32,000 nucleotides of DNA from Candidatus Pelagibacter ubique HTCC1062. Its GTDB lineage: Bacteria; Pseudomonadota; Alphaproteobacteria; Pelagibacterales; Pelagibacteraceae. This document shows positions 1-10,014 of the stretch, one piece after another. The notes beneath the pieces are model-generated. The model had not been told where the DNA came from. It searched no databases and worked only from the letters and a program-made list of their open reading frames with translations. A program made the position numbers and the translations under genes. The stretch spans positions 960,001 through 992,000 of the forward strand of contig NC_007205.1 of assembly GCF_000012345.1 (NCBI RefSeq). The letters run 5' to 3'. Position 1 is the first letter of the stretch. Each line of letters begins with the position of its first letter.

Positions 1-1
1 A

Positions 2-1462
2 GACAGTTTTATTTCTAAAAAGATAAATCTAGGTTTAGATTTACAAGGCGGATCATATCTTTTACTAGAAATTGATAATGAACCCGTTGAAATTCAAAAA
101 TTACAAAATACAACAACTGTTATTAGAAATTTTTTAAAAGATAAGAAAATAACTTTTAATGATCTAAGAATTGAAGATAAAAAAATAATATTCAGTATAC
201 CCAATGATAATATTGAGTTGGTTCAATCTTTTTTTCTTGATAAAGAAAGTGATATTAACCCTTATTATTTTCAATATAAATCACATCAGTTTGATGTAAA
301 TATTCAAGATAATGAATTTACGCTAACTCTATCAAAATATGGACTTATTGAAATTAAAACATCTTCACAAGATCAAGCTATAGAAATAGTTAGAAGAAGA
401 GTTGATGAAGTTGGTACAAATGAACCCAATATACTGAAAAGAGGTAATAATAGAATTCTAGTTGAGCTTCCAGGACTTGATGATCCCATGCGTATCAAGT
501 CACTTTTAGGAAAAACTGCAAATTTAACATTTAGATTTGTAACTCAAAATAATAATGACACTTTTGGTACTGAAATGCTTCAATTTGAAGATGGAACTAG
601 CGAAGCAATGGTTAGCAAAAGAATAATCTTAAATGGTGAGAATTTATTGGATGCTCAACCACAAATGAATAATCAAACCAACGAAACAGTAGTATCATTT
701 ACACTTGATAGAGTGGGGGCAAAAAGATTTGGTAAAGCAACCAGTACAGGAATTGGCAAACAATTAGCAATTGTTCTAGATGGTAAAATTGTTAGTGCTC
801 CAGTAATAAGGGATACTATAGCAAGTGGAAATGGTCAGATCAGTGGAAATTTCACATTTCAATCTGCAACAGACTTGGCATTACTTCTAAGATCAGGAGC
901 GTTACCAGCACCACTTAACATTATTGAAGAAAGAACAGTTGGACCTGACCTTGGTCAAGATTCAATTAATGCAGGAGTTATCGCCCTTATGATTGGTTTC
1001 TTATTGGTGATAATTTTTATGTTTGTTAAATATAGAATTTTTGGTCTAATTGCTAACATAACACTATTAATTAACTTATTTTTTTTAGTTGGTATTTTAA
1101 CTTTATTTGAAGCAACATTAACACTTCCTGGAATAGCAGGTATCATTTTAACGGTTGGTATGGCAGTTGACGCTAACGTGTTAATTTTTGAAAGAATTAA
1201 AGAAGAATGCAAGAAAGAAAAAAATAATATTATAGCTTTTGATACAGGTTATGTGAAATCAAAAACTGCAATTATAGACGCAAACATAACCACATTAATT
1301 GCAGCAGTAATCTTATTCTTTATGGGCTCTGGACCTGTTAAAGGTTTCTCTGTGACTTTAGCTATAGGAATTTTTACAACACTGTTTTCAGTTTATTTTA
1401 TTGCAAGAATGCTTACTGGCCTTTATGTCGTAAGAAATAAAGAAAAGACTGAACTAATATAA
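2..1462 (+). CDS. secD: Protein translocase subunit SecD (5'-partial; the start lies upstream of the window)
   Basis: Frame 2 is open from nt 2 with no stop, so the track's TTG start at 218 is internal. 'LGLDLQGGSYLLLE' is at the window edge. The C-terminal TM block 'GIAGIILTVGMAVDANVLIFERIKEE' is typical of SecD/SecF. secF follows with a TAATG overlap. Confidence 0.93.
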   Translation, partial: DSFISKKINLGLDLQGGSYLLLEIDNEPVEIQKLQNTTTVIRNFLKDKKITFNDLRIEDKKIIFSIPNDNIELVQSFFLDKESDINPYYFQYKSHQFDVNIQDNEFTLTLSKYGLIEIKTSSQDQAIEIVRRRVDEVGTNEPNILKRGNNRILVELPGLDDPMRIKSLLGKTANLTFRFVTQNNNDTFGTEMLQFEDGTSEAMVSKRIILNGENLLDAQPQMNNQTNETVVSFTLDRVGAKRFGKATSTGIGKQLAIVLDGKIVSAPVIRDTIASGNGQISGNFTFQSATDLALLLRSGALPAPLNIIEERTVGPDLGQDSINAGVIALMIGFLLVIIFMFVKYRIFGLIANITLLINLFFLVGILTLFEATLTLPGIAGIILTVGMAVDANVLIFERIKEECKKEKNNIIAFDTGYVKSKTAIIDANITTLIAAVILFFMGSGPVKGFSVTLAIGIFTTLFSVYFIARMLTGLYVVRNKEKTELI

Positions 1463-2349
1463 TGATTAATTTTAATAAATTTTATAAACTATTTAATCTA
1501 ATCTCTTTAAGTTTAGTTGTTGCATCTGTTCTATTATTATTTTTTAAAGGACTTAATTTTGGTGTAGATTTTAAAGGTGGAACTTTAATAGAACTAAGGT
1601 CTAACGATAAAAATATTAACGTTACTTCTTTAAGGCAATCTTTTAACAAAATGAAATTAGGAGATTTTAATATTAAAAAATTTGGCAATGAAAATGATTT
1701 TTTAATCAAAATAGAAAAAAAAGATACAAGTGCAAATGCTATAGAAGTTATTAAAAAAGATTTAACATCTTCATTGGGGAGTTCTTTTAATTTCAGAAGA
1801 GTTGAAAATGTAGGTCCAAAAGTTAGTTCTGAATTATTAAAGTCTGGTATTATTGCAATCGCTCTATCTCTAGCTGCAATGTTATTTTACATATGGATAA
1901 GATTTGAATGGCAATTTAGCTTAGGTGCTATTTTAGCCCTATTTCATGATGTCATTATAACACTTGGTCTTTTTTCACTATTTAGTTTGGAAATAAATCT
2001 ATCAATAGTTGCAGCCGTTTTAACTATAGTTGGTTATTCCATGAATGATACCGTTGTCATTTATGACAGAGTTAGAGAAAATTTAAGAAAGTTTTCTGAT
2101 ATCAAGATTTATGAACTTACAAATATCTCAATCAATGAAACACTTTCTAGAACTATAATTACATCAGTCACGACATTGCTTGCTTTAGTTTCAATTTATT
2201 TATTTGGTGGAGAAATATTAAAAGGTTTTTCACTAGCTATGATAATGGGTGTAGTATTTGGAACTTATTCTTCAATTTATATAGCTAATCCTATACTTGT
2301 GAAACTTAGAGTGTCCCAAAAAACAATCCTAAAAGAAGAAACGGAATAG
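1462..2349 (+). CDS. secF: Protein translocase subunit SecF
   Basis: 295 aa. Motifs 'GVDFKGGT' and 'GYSMNDTVVIYDRVREN' are present, with 6 TM-like segments. The start overlaps the secD stop by 1 nt (TAATG). Confidence 0.93.
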   Translation: MINFNKFYKLFNLISLSLVVASVLLLFFKGLNFGVDFKGGTLIELRSNDKNINVTSLRQSFNKMKLGDFNIKKFGNENDFLIKIEKKDTSANAIEVIKKDLTSSLGSSFNFRRVENVGPKVSSELLKSGIIAIALSLAAMLFYIWIRFEWQFSLGAILALFHDVIITLGLFSLFSLEINLSIVAAVLTIVGYSMNDTVVIYDRVRENLRKFSDIKIYELTNISINETLSRTIITSVTTLLALVSIYLFGGEILKGFSLAMIMGVVFGTYSSIYIANPILVKLRVSQKTILKEETE

Positions 2350-2351
2350 AT

Positions 2352-2945
2352 TTAATAAAGATTTTGAGCTGCTACCATTGTAAGTAACATTGGTAACGAT
2401 AAAAGAGTATTTGTTCTTGAAAACAACATTGCTGTCCTTGCTGATTTTGCTTTAAGATCAGGTTCGCACTCAACAATACCTAGTGCTCTTTTTTGATTTG
2501 GCCAAATTATAAACCAAACATTAAAAGCCATGTATAAGCCAAGCCACATTCCAATACCAATAGCTGTACTTTTTCCACCACCACCTAAAGTCATAGCATC
2601 ATGTAAATAACCATTTAAATAAGCTAAAATTAATCCAGACAATACTGTTAGTAAAGCTGCCCATCTGAAATAAAACAAAGCTGCTGGCGCAATAACTTTA
2701 CCTATAGCAGGTTTTTGTTCGTCAGGAATTTTAGGCATGTTTGGAATTTGAACAAAGTTAAAATACCAAAGAAGTCCAATCCACATAATAGCGACCGTTA
2801 CGTGAATAAATCTTGTTAACCAGCTCCAAAAAATTGTATCAAAATCAAAACCACCATTACCATAAAATAATCCTAGAAAAAGGATAATTGCTAAAGCTAA
2901 TGATGCATGAATTGTCCTTGGAAGAGATGATAATAAATTACCCAT
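2352..2945 (-). CDS. Integral membrane protein resembling the N-terminal membrane domain of urate hydroxylase PuuD (Urate_ox_N-like), with no cytochrome c domain
   Basis: 197 aa from the ATG at 2945; the track's GTG at 2957 would add 4 aa. 'WLTRFIHVTVAIMWIGLLWYFNFV', 'FYFRWAALLTVLSG', 'NVWFIIWPNQKRAL' and 'RTNTLLSLPMLLTM' match my recollection of the PuuD-N family pattern (RWLHV..GIaWIG.SFYF, IIPgQrk, NNYLTLPVLFlM). It lies 15-27 nt downstream of uvrA on the same strand. Confidence 0.5.
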   Translation of the reverse strand: MGNLLSSLPRTIHASLALAIILFLGLFYGNGGFDFDTIFWSWLTRFIHVTVAIMWIGLLWYFNFVQIPNMPKIPDEQKPAIGKVIAPAALFYFRWAALLTVLSGLILAYLNGYLHDAMTLGGGGKSTAIGIGMWLGLYMAFNVWFIIWPNQKRALGIVECEPDLKAKSARTAMLFSRTNTLLSLPMLLTMVAAQNLY

Positions 2946-2972
2946 AATTAGAATCACTTATACACTAATTTT

Positions 2973-5852
2973 TTAAATCTTTAACTTCTTTTTAAATTTT
3001 TCTTCCAGCATAGGTTTTAAGAATTCCCCAGTATAACTACCTTTTATTTTTATAATATCCTCAGGTTTGCCTTCTGCGATAATATTTCCCCCTTTGACAC
3101 CACCTTCAGGACCCATATCAACAATATAATCAGCTGTTTTAATTACATCTAAATTATGCTCAATAACAACAACAGTATTTCCTAGAGCCACAAACGTATG
3201 TAGTATTTCTAATAATTTTTTAATATCATGCTGATGAAGTCCAGTAGTTGGTTCATCTAAAATATACATAGTTCTTCCTGTAGATCTTTTCGATAGTTCC
3301 TTGGCTAACTTAATACGCTGAGCTTCTCCACCAGATAATGTTGTAGCCTGTTGTCCAATCTTTATATAACCAAGCCCAACTTTTTTTAATGTTAATAGTT
3401 TGGTTTTTATATTTGAAATATTTTCAAAGTATTCACATCCTTCATCAACAGACATATTTAATACATCGGCTATACTTTTATCCTTAAACTTTATTTCAAG
3501 AGTTTCTCTATTATACCTAGTTCCCTTACATTCATCACATTGTATATAAACATCAGGTAAGAAATGCATCTCGTATGTAATTACGCCATCGCCTTCACAA
3601 GCTTCACATCTTCCACCTTTAACATTAAATGAAAATCTTCCAGGTTTATACCCTCTTGTTTTTGACTCAGGTAGTGCAGTAAACCAATCTCTGATAGGCC
3701 CAAAGGCTCCGGTATAGGTTGCTGGATTTGATCTTGGTGTTCTCCCAATTGGTGATTGATCTATATCAATTATCTTATCTATAAGCTCAACACCCTTATA
3801 ACCTTTAAATGCTTTTGGAACTTTTCTAGCTTTGTTATTTAAGGTTAAATTTAATGCATGATATAATGTTTGCAATATCAATGTAGATTTACCACTGCCA
3901 GAAACTCCAGTAACGCAAGTAAAGCTTCCTGTTGGAATTTTAAGATTAACGTTATTCAAATTATTTCCACTAGCTCCATTAATTTCTACAAATCTACCAT
4001 TCTTAGCAAGTCTTCTAGTTCTCGGAATTTCTATATATTTTTTATGAGATAGGTATTGACCAGTTATACTATTTTTATTTTTAAGTATCTCGTTATAAGT
4101 TCCTTGTGCAATGATCTCACCACCGTTAGTACCAGCTTCTGGTCCTAAATCTATTATGTGGTCAGCATTTTCCATAGTTTCAGTGTCATGCTCAACAACG
4201 ATTACTGTGTTTCCAAGATCTCTTAGTCTTTTCAATGCATTAATTAGTTTAACATTATCTTTTTGGTGCAAACCTATAGAAGGTTCGTCAAGAACATATA
4301 ATACTCCTGTCAATCCTGAACCAATTTGCGAAGCAAGCCTAATTCTTTGTGCTTCTCCACCAGAAAGAGTCCCGGACTCTCTTGATAAAGTTAAATACTC
4401 AAGTCCAACATTTAAAAGAAACGTTAACCTCTCATTAATTTCTTTTAGAATATGTTCTGCTATTTTAAATTGTCTTTTATCAAGATTTTGTTCCAACCCC
4501 TTAAACCAGTTAGCAGCATCTAAAATAGATTTTTTTGTAACATCGCTTATATTTTGATTATCAATTTTAACACATAAAGCTTCCTCTTTTAGTCTATTAC
4601 CATTACAACCTTCACATGCAGAATCTGATTGATATTCCGCTATAGCTTCTCTCTTCCACTCGCTGTCAGATTCAAGAAATCTTCTTTCAAGATTGTTTAT
4701 GACACCTTCAAAAGTTTTTTTATGAGAATATTTTTCATATCCATCATCATAGACAAATTTTATTTCTTCTTCGTCTGATCCAAATAAAATCACATCTTTA
4801 AATTTTTTGGGTAATTTTTTCCATTTTTCATCTAAAGAAAATCCATAGTGCTTAGCAATAGAGGCTAATGTTTGAGCATAATATAGTGTGGTTGATTTAG
4901 CCCACGGTTCTATAGCACCATCAGCTATACTTTTTTTTTCATCAGGAACTACTAAATTTGGATCTACATTTAATTTAATACCAATACCTTCACATTCAGC
5001 ACAGGCCCCATATGGACTATTAAAAGAAAAAAGTCTTGGTTCAATTTCTTCGATTGTAAAACCACTTTCTGGACATGCAAATTTTGTCGAGTAAATTAAT
5101 TTTTCAATTTTTCTAAATTTTTGAGGTAAAGTTTCGTCTTCGTACTCAACAAATACAAGACCATTTGATAAATTTACAGCTGTTTCAATACTTTCTGCTA
5201 AACGATTTCCTAGATTTGAGTTCAAAACAATTCTGTCAATTAAAACAGATATATCATGCTTAAGTTTTTTATCTAATTCAGGTGCTTTATCTATGTCATA
5301 AAGAACCTCATCAATTTTAATTTTTCTAAAGCCTCTTCTTTTATAGCTTAAAATATCTTTTCTATATTCACCTTTACGGCCACGGACCACTGGCGCATAT
5401 ATATAAATTGTAGATTTTTTGGGAAGTTTTTTTATTAAATCAACAATCTGTGTAATTGTTTGTGAAGTTATTGGCTTTCCAGTAAATGGAGAATAGGGCA
5501 CACCAGCTCTTGCATAGAGCACTCGCATGTAATCATAAATTTCTGTAACTGTAGCAACAGTTGATCTTGGGTTCTTTGATGTATTTTTTTGTTCAATAGC
5601 TATTGCTGGACTCAATCCTTCAATAAGGTCAACGTTAGGTTTTTTCATTTTATCTAAAAATTGACGAGCATAAGCAGATAAACTTTCAACATATCTTCTT
5701 TGTCCTTCTGCATAGATAGTGTCAAATGCTAATGAAGATTTTCCAGAACCGGAAAGTCCAGTAATAACAACAAATTGATCTTTGGGTATTTCTACAGAAA
5801 CATTCTTTAAATTATGCTCCTTTGCACCCTTGATAACTATCTTTTTGATCAT
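2973..5852 (-). CDS. uvrA: Excinuclease ABC subunit UvrA
   Basis: 959 aa. It has two ABC modules with Walker A 'GLSGSGKSS' and 'GVSGSGKST', two 'LSGGEAQRI' signatures, and the C-terminal zinc finger 'CEACEGDG...CDECKG'. It aligns end to end with E. coli UvrA as I recall it. Confidence 0.97.
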   Translation of the reverse strand: MIKKIVIKGAKEHNLKNVSVEIPKDQFVVITGLSGSGKSSLAFDTIYAEGQRRYVESLSAYARQFLDKMKKPNVDLIEGLSPAIAIEQKNTSKNPRSTVATVTEIYDYMRVLYARAGVPYSPFTGKPITSQTITQIVDLIKKLPKKSTIYIYAPVVRGRKGEYRKDILSYKRRGFRKIKIDEVLYDIDKAPELDKKLKHDISVLIDRIVLNSNLGNRLAESIETAVNLSNGLVFVEYEDETLPQKFRKIEKLIYSTKFACPESGFTIEEIEPRLFSFNSPYGACAECEGIGIKLNVDPNLVVPDEKKSIADGAIEPWAKSTTLYYAQTLASIAKHYGFSLDEKWKKLPKKFKDVILFGSDEEEIKFVYDDGYEKYSHKKTFEGVINNLERRFLESDSEWKREAIAEYQSDSACEGCNGNRLKEEALCVKIDNQNISDVTKKSILDAANWFKGLEQNLDKRQFKIAEHILKEINERLTFLLNVGLEYLTLSRESGTLSGGEAQRIRLASQIGSGLTGVLYVLDEPSIGLHQKDNVKLINALKRLRDLGNTVIVVEHDTETMENADHIIDLGPEAGTNGGEIIAQGTYNEILKNKNSITGQYLSHKKYIEIPRTRRLAKNGRFVEINGASGNNLNNVNLKIPTGSFTCVTGVSGSGKSTLILQTLYHALNLTLNNKARKVPKAFKGYKGVELIDKIIDIDQSPIGRTPRSNPATYTGAFGPIRDWFTALPESKTRGYKPGRFSFNVKGGRCEACEGDGVITYEMHFLPDVYIQCDECKGTRYNRETLEIKFKDKSIADVLNMSVDEGCEYFENISNIKTKLLTLKKVGLGYIKIGQQATTLSGGEAQRIKLAKELSKRSTGRTMYILDEPTTGLHQHDIKKLLEILHTFVALGNTVVVIEHNLDVIKTADYIVDMGPEGGVKGGNIIAEGKPEDIIKIKGSYTGEFLKPMLEEKFKKKLKI

Positions 5853-5941
5853 AATTTTAGTTGCTTTAAATTAATAAAATTAATATTGAGTTTATATTGT
5901 GATATAAAACTAAATAAATAAATAAACACTTATAAAATATT

Positions 5942-6400
5942 ATGGCTGGAAGTTTAAATAAAGTATTATTAATTGGGCGTTTAGGCGCAGACCCTGAAAT
6001 TAAACAAATGGTAAACGGCAAAAGCGTTGCAAGATTGAGTTTAGCAACTAGTCAATCATGGAAAGACAAGACAACAGGTGAAAAAAAAGAAAAGACTGAG
6101 TGGCACCGAATAGTTGTATTCAATGATGGGTTAGTAAATGTTGTTCAGCAATATTTAAAAAAAGGAGCTCAAATTTATGTTGAAGGACAAATAGCTACTA
6201 GAAAATGGAAAGATGAACAATCTGGACAAGACAAATATTCTACAGAAATTGTAATTCAAGGATATAACTCTTCACTAACAATGTTAGGTGGAGGAAATAC
6301 TGGTGGTGGAATCCAAAATGATAACACACAAGGACCTGCTAATAATTTTGAAGATAGTCCACAAACTTCAAATGATATGGATGACGAAATTCCATTTTAG
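5942..6400 (+). CDS. ssb: Single-stranded DNA-binding protein
   Basis: 152 aa. The OB-fold N-terminus reads '[12 protein letters not shown]...TEWHRIVVF', followed by a Gly/Asn-rich linker and an acidic tail 'DMDDEIPF'. It is divergent from uvrA, which is the classic arrangement. Confidence 0.95.
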   Translation: MAGSLNKVLLIGRLGADPEIKQMVNGKSVARLSLATSQSWKDKTTGEKKEKTEWHRIVVFNDGLVNVVQQYLKKGAQIYVEGQIATRKWKDEQSGQDKYSTEIVIQGYNSSLTMLGGGNTGGGIQNDNTQGPANNFEDSPQTSNDMDDEIPF

Positions 6401-6405
6401 TTTCT

Positions 6406-8955
6406 ATGAAAGACACAGAAATACCTAAAGATAAAAATATTAAACTTATCTCCATGCATGATGAGATGAGTTCATCGTATTTGTCATATGCGATGAGTGT
6501 AATTGTGAGTAGGGCTCTTCCTGATGTTAGGGACGGACTTAAACCAGTTCATAGAAGAATATTATTTGCCATGTATAAAGGTGGTTACGATTGGTCAAAA
6601 CAATTTAGAAAATCTGCAAGAATAGTTGGAGATGTTATTGGTAAATATCACCCACATGGAGATCAATCTGTTTATGATGCTCTAGTTAGAATGGTTCAGG
6701 ATTTTTCTATGAGTTTACCTCTTGTTCAGGGCCAAGGTAACTTTGGATCTATTGATGGAGATCCAGCTGCGGCTATGAGATATACCGAGACTAGATTGGC
6801 TAAAGTTTCACAATACTTAATAGACGATATTGAAAAAGATACCATCGAATACAAGAGTAACTACGATGAAACAGAAAAAGAACCATCAGTTTTACCCGCT
6901 CAATATCCTAATTTATTGGTTAATGGAGCCGGTGGTATAGCAGTTGGAATGGCAACAAGCATACCTCCACATAATTTAGGTGAAATCATTGATGGAACAT
7001 TAGCCTTAATTGAGAATAAAGATATTAAGATTAAAGAATTAATGAAACACATTCCAGGTCCTGATTTTCCTACAGGTGGTGTCATCATTGGTAAAGAAAT
7101 TATTAAAGCAGGATATAATGTTGGTCGTGGATCATTTAAAATTAGAGGTGAAATAAGTGTTGAAGCACAAAAAAATGGTAGAGAAAGACTAGTTATTACA
7201 TCTGTACCTTATCAAGTAAATAAATCAGTTTTAAATGAAAGAATTGCCCAACTGGTTAGAGAGAAAAAAATTGAAGGAATAAAAGATATTAGGGATGAGT
7301 CTAATAGAGAAGGGATTAGAGTAGCAATTGATTTAAGAAATGGTGTTGAGCCAGAAACTATTAAGCGATTACTTTATAAAAATACTTCGATAGAGAGTTC
7401 TTTTGGTTTTAATACTTTAGCAATCGTTGATGGCAAACCTAAAATATGTAATTTAAAAGAGTTTTTAACAAATTTTTTAACGTTTCGTGAAGATGTTGTT
7501 ATTAAGAAAACTAAATTTGACTTAAAAAAAGCAGAGGACAGAGCTCATATTTTGATTGGGTTATCTGTATCTGTTGAGAATTTAGATAAGATTATAAAAA
7601 TTATACGGTCTTCAAAAACTCCTGATGATGCTAAAAAATCATTATTAAACACTAAGTGGAAAATTAATAAATCTTTAAAGTTAATTTCACTTGTCGAAGA
7701 TAAGAAGGAGAAAAATTTATACTCATTATCTGACCCACAAGTAATTGCTATTTTAGAACTTAGACTTCAAAAACTTACAGCCCTTGGTATTAATGAAATA
7801 GAAGTCGAAATTAAAAAATTAGCTGATTTAATTAAGGGATATAAGAAAATAATTAATTCCAAAAAAGAACTTTTAAACGTGATAAGTGAAGAGCTTAAAA
7901 CTATTAAAGAAAAATTTGCTGTACCACGAAGAACTAAAATTATAGATGCTATTTTAAACTATGATATTGAAGAAACTATTCAAAAAGAGTCTGTTATAAT
8001 TACAGTTACACTTCAGGGATATATTAAAAGAGGAGCATTAAGCAGCGTTAAACAACAAAAAAGAGGTGGCAAGGGTAAATCTGGGATCACAACGAGAGAT
8101 GAAGATTCTGTAGTACAAACTTTATCAGTTAACACACACACTTCTGTTCTTTTCTTTTCGACAGAAGGACTTGTCTACAAAATTAAAGCTTGGAAGATAC
8201 CTGAGGGATCAACTACATCAAAAGGTAAATCTCTATTTAATATCTTGCCTTTAAAAAATCATCAATCAATCAGTTCAATTATGCCATTCCCTGATGAAGA
8301 AAGTGATACGAAAAATCTTCAAATTGTTTTTGCAACTGCAAAGGGCAAGGTTAGAAAAAACAGTCTAGAAGACTTTTCTTCCATTAATTCAGCTGGAAAA
8401 ATTGCAATAAAATTAGATCCCAATGATAAAATCGTAGGAGTTGAAATTTGTAAAGATGATCAAGATGTAATGCTAAGTACAAAAAATGGTAAATGCATTA
8501 GATTTGAATCAAAGAAACTAAGAATATTTAAAGGTAGATCCTCCAAAGGTATAAAGGGTATAGAACTATCTCCTAATGATGAGATTGTTTCTCTTTCAAT
8601 AACAAATAAAGAAAAAATCAAAAAAGATACTAAATCTGATGGAAGATTTGTTTTATCAATTACAGAAAATGGATACGGCAAAAAAACTTTAAACAATGAA
8701 TATAGAGTTACCAATAGAGGTGGTAAGGGCATAATTGGAATTGTTAACTCACCTAGAAATGGCAGTATATGTTCGTCATTTCCTGTTATAGAGGGAGATG
8801 ATGTGATGATTTCAACAAATAAAGGTAGAGTGATTAGAGTTGCCGTTAAAGAAATCAGAACAGCGGGAAGAAATACTCAAGGTGTAAGAATTATCAAATT
8901 ATCTGGTGATGAAAAAGTTGTTTCAGCAATAAAAATTGATGATAACTTGGAGTAA
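6406..8955 (+). CDS. gyrA: DNA gyrase subunit A
   Basis: 849 aa. '[26 protein letters not shown]' and the active-site Tyr context '[10 protein letters not shown]' are present. The GyrA-box '[11 protein letters not shown]' favours GyrA over ParC. Confidence 0.95.
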   Translation: MKDTEIPKDKNIKLISMHDEMSSSYLSYAMSVIVSRALPDVRDGLKPVHRRILFAMYKGGYDWSKQFRKSARIVGDVIGKYHPHGDQSVYDALVRMVQDFSMSLPLVQGQGNFGSIDGDPAAAMRYTETRLAKVSQYLIDDIEKDTIEYKSNYDETEKEPSVLPAQYPNLLVNGAGGIAVGMATSIPPHNLGEIIDGTLALIENKDIKIKELMKHIPGPDFPTGGVIIGKEIIKAGYNVGRGSFKIRGEISVEAQKNGRERLVITSVPYQVNKSVLNERIAQLVREKKIEGIKDIRDESNREGIRVAIDLRNGVEPETIKRLLYKNTSIESSFGFNTLAIVDGKPKICNLKEFLTNFLTFREDVVIKKTKFDLKKAEDRAHILIGLSVSVENLDKIIKIIRSSKTPDDAKKSLLNTKWKINKSLKLISLVEDKKEKNLYSLSDPQVIAILELRLQKLTALGINEIEVEIKKLADLIKGYKKIINSKKELLNVISEELKTIKEKFAVPRRTKIIDAILNYDIEETIQKESVIITVTLQGYIKRGALSSVKQQKRGGKGKSGITTRDEDSVVQTLSVNTHTSVLFFSTEGLVYKIKAWKIPEGSTTSKGKSLFNILPLKNHQSISSIMPFPDEESDTKNLQIVFATAKGKVRKNSLEDFSSINSAGKIAIKLDPNDKIVGVEICKDDQDVMLSTKNGKCIRFESKKLRIFKGRSSKGIKGIELSPNDEIVSLSITNKEKIKKDTKSDGRFVLSITENGYGKKTLNNEYRVTNRGGKGIIGIVNSPRNGSICSSFPVIEGDDVMISTNKGRVIRVAVKEIRTAGRNTQGVRIIKLSGDEKVVSAIKIDDNLE

Positions 8956-9449
8956 TGAAAAAAGTTGCCGTATATCCTGGAACATTTGACCCAATTACCT
9001 TTGGTCATATTGATGTTATAAATAAAGCTTTAAAATTATTTGATAAAGTTATTATTGCTGCTTCTGATGGTGCTAATAAAAATTATCTTTTCAATTCACT
9101 TGAAAGAGTACAATTAATTAAAAAAGCCTTATTTGTTGATTTAAAGTTTGATAAAAAGAAGATTGAAGTTATTTCATTTACATCATTAACAACTGATTTA
9201 TGCAAAAAATATAAATCTAATATTATTTTAAGAGGTTTAAGAGCAGTATCTGATTTCGAATATGAATTTCAACTAGCTGGAATGAATAGAAAATTGAACA
9301 ATAATATAGAAACAATTTTTTTAATGTCTGATGTTGAAAATCAAATCATTTCATCAAGATTTGTTAAAGAAATAGTTAGACTAAAAGGCGATATCAAAAA
9401 ATTTACTACAAAAAGTACAATAAAATCTTTAAAAGAAAAATATGAATAA
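8955..9449 (+). CDS. coaD: Phosphopantetheine adenylyltransferase
   Basis: 164 aa. The nucleotidyltransferase motif 'YPGTFDPITFGHIDVI' is present. The start overlaps the gyrA stop (TAATG). Confidence 0.93.
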   Translation: MKKVAVYPGTFDPITFGHIDVINKALKLFDKVIIAASDGANKNYLFNSLERVQLIKKALFVDLKFDKKKIEVISFTSLTTDLCKKYKSNIILRGLRAVSDFEYEFQLAGMNRKLNNNIETIFLMSDVENQIISSRFVKEIVRLKGDIKKFTTKSTIKSLKEKYE

Positions 9450-9996
9450 ACTTATAACAAAATTTTTAATTTTATTTTTTATACTAACCAACAACACAAT
9501 CGCAGAGGAGAATATTATGATTTTAAAGCTTAAAGATGGAGACGTTAAAATTGAACTTTTTGAAGATGTGGCACCCAATCATGTCAAAAGAATTAAGCAA
9601 TTAGCAAAAGATGGTAAATACGATGGTGTTGTATTTCACAGAGTGATTGATGGCTTTATGGCGCAAACGGGTGATGTTCAGTTTGGTAACTCTTCTAATG
9701 ATCAATTTGATTTAAGAAGAGCTGGAATGGGTGGCTCTGATTTACCTGATCTTAAAGAGGAATTTAGTGATTTACCTCATGAAAGAGGAACGCTATCTAT
9801 GGCTAGATCACAAGATCCAAATAGTGCAAACAGCCAATTTTTTATATGTTTTAAAGAAGCGTCTTTTTTAGATAGACAATATACGGTATTTGGTAAAGTT
9901 ATTGAAGGTATGGATCTTGTTGATAAAATCAAAAGAGGAGATCAAAACAATAACGGTTCTGTTTCTAACCCAGATAAAATCATTAGCTTTAAATAA
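9442..9996 (+). CDS. Cyclophilin-type peptidyl-prolyl cis-trans isomerase, probably periplasmic
   Basis: 184 aa. 'FHRVIDGFMAQTGD' and 'SMARSQDPNSANSQFFI' are present, with the N-terminal signal-like segment 'KFLILFFILTNNTIA'. It overlaps coaD by 8 nt (ATGAATAA). Confidence 0.9.
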   Translation: MNKLITKFLILFFILTNNTIAEENIMILKLKDGDVKIELFEDVAPNHVKRIKQLAKDGKYDGVVFHRVIDGFMAQTGDVQFGNSSNDQFDLRRAGMGGSDLPDLKEEFSDLPHERGTLSMARSQDPNSANSQFFICFKEASFLDRQYTVFGKVIEGMDLVDKIKRGDQNNNGSVSNPDKIISFK

Positions 9997-10014
9997 TTTT
10001 AGTTTACAAATTTC

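Noticed and set aside
4111-4557. A 148-aa ORF on the + strand inside uvrA, which is long for an AT-rich genome
   Set aside because: It is entirely antisense to the most conserved ABC-ATPase part of uvrA. It is Ser/Pro/Leu-rich with no recognisable motif. Long stop-free antisense frames are a known artefact opposite conserved, relatively GC-rich coding sequence.
5911-5926. A (TAAA)4 tetranucleotide repeat upstream of ssb
   Set aside because: There are only four units in AT-rich intergenic DNA, which is well within chance. There is no evidence of variability.
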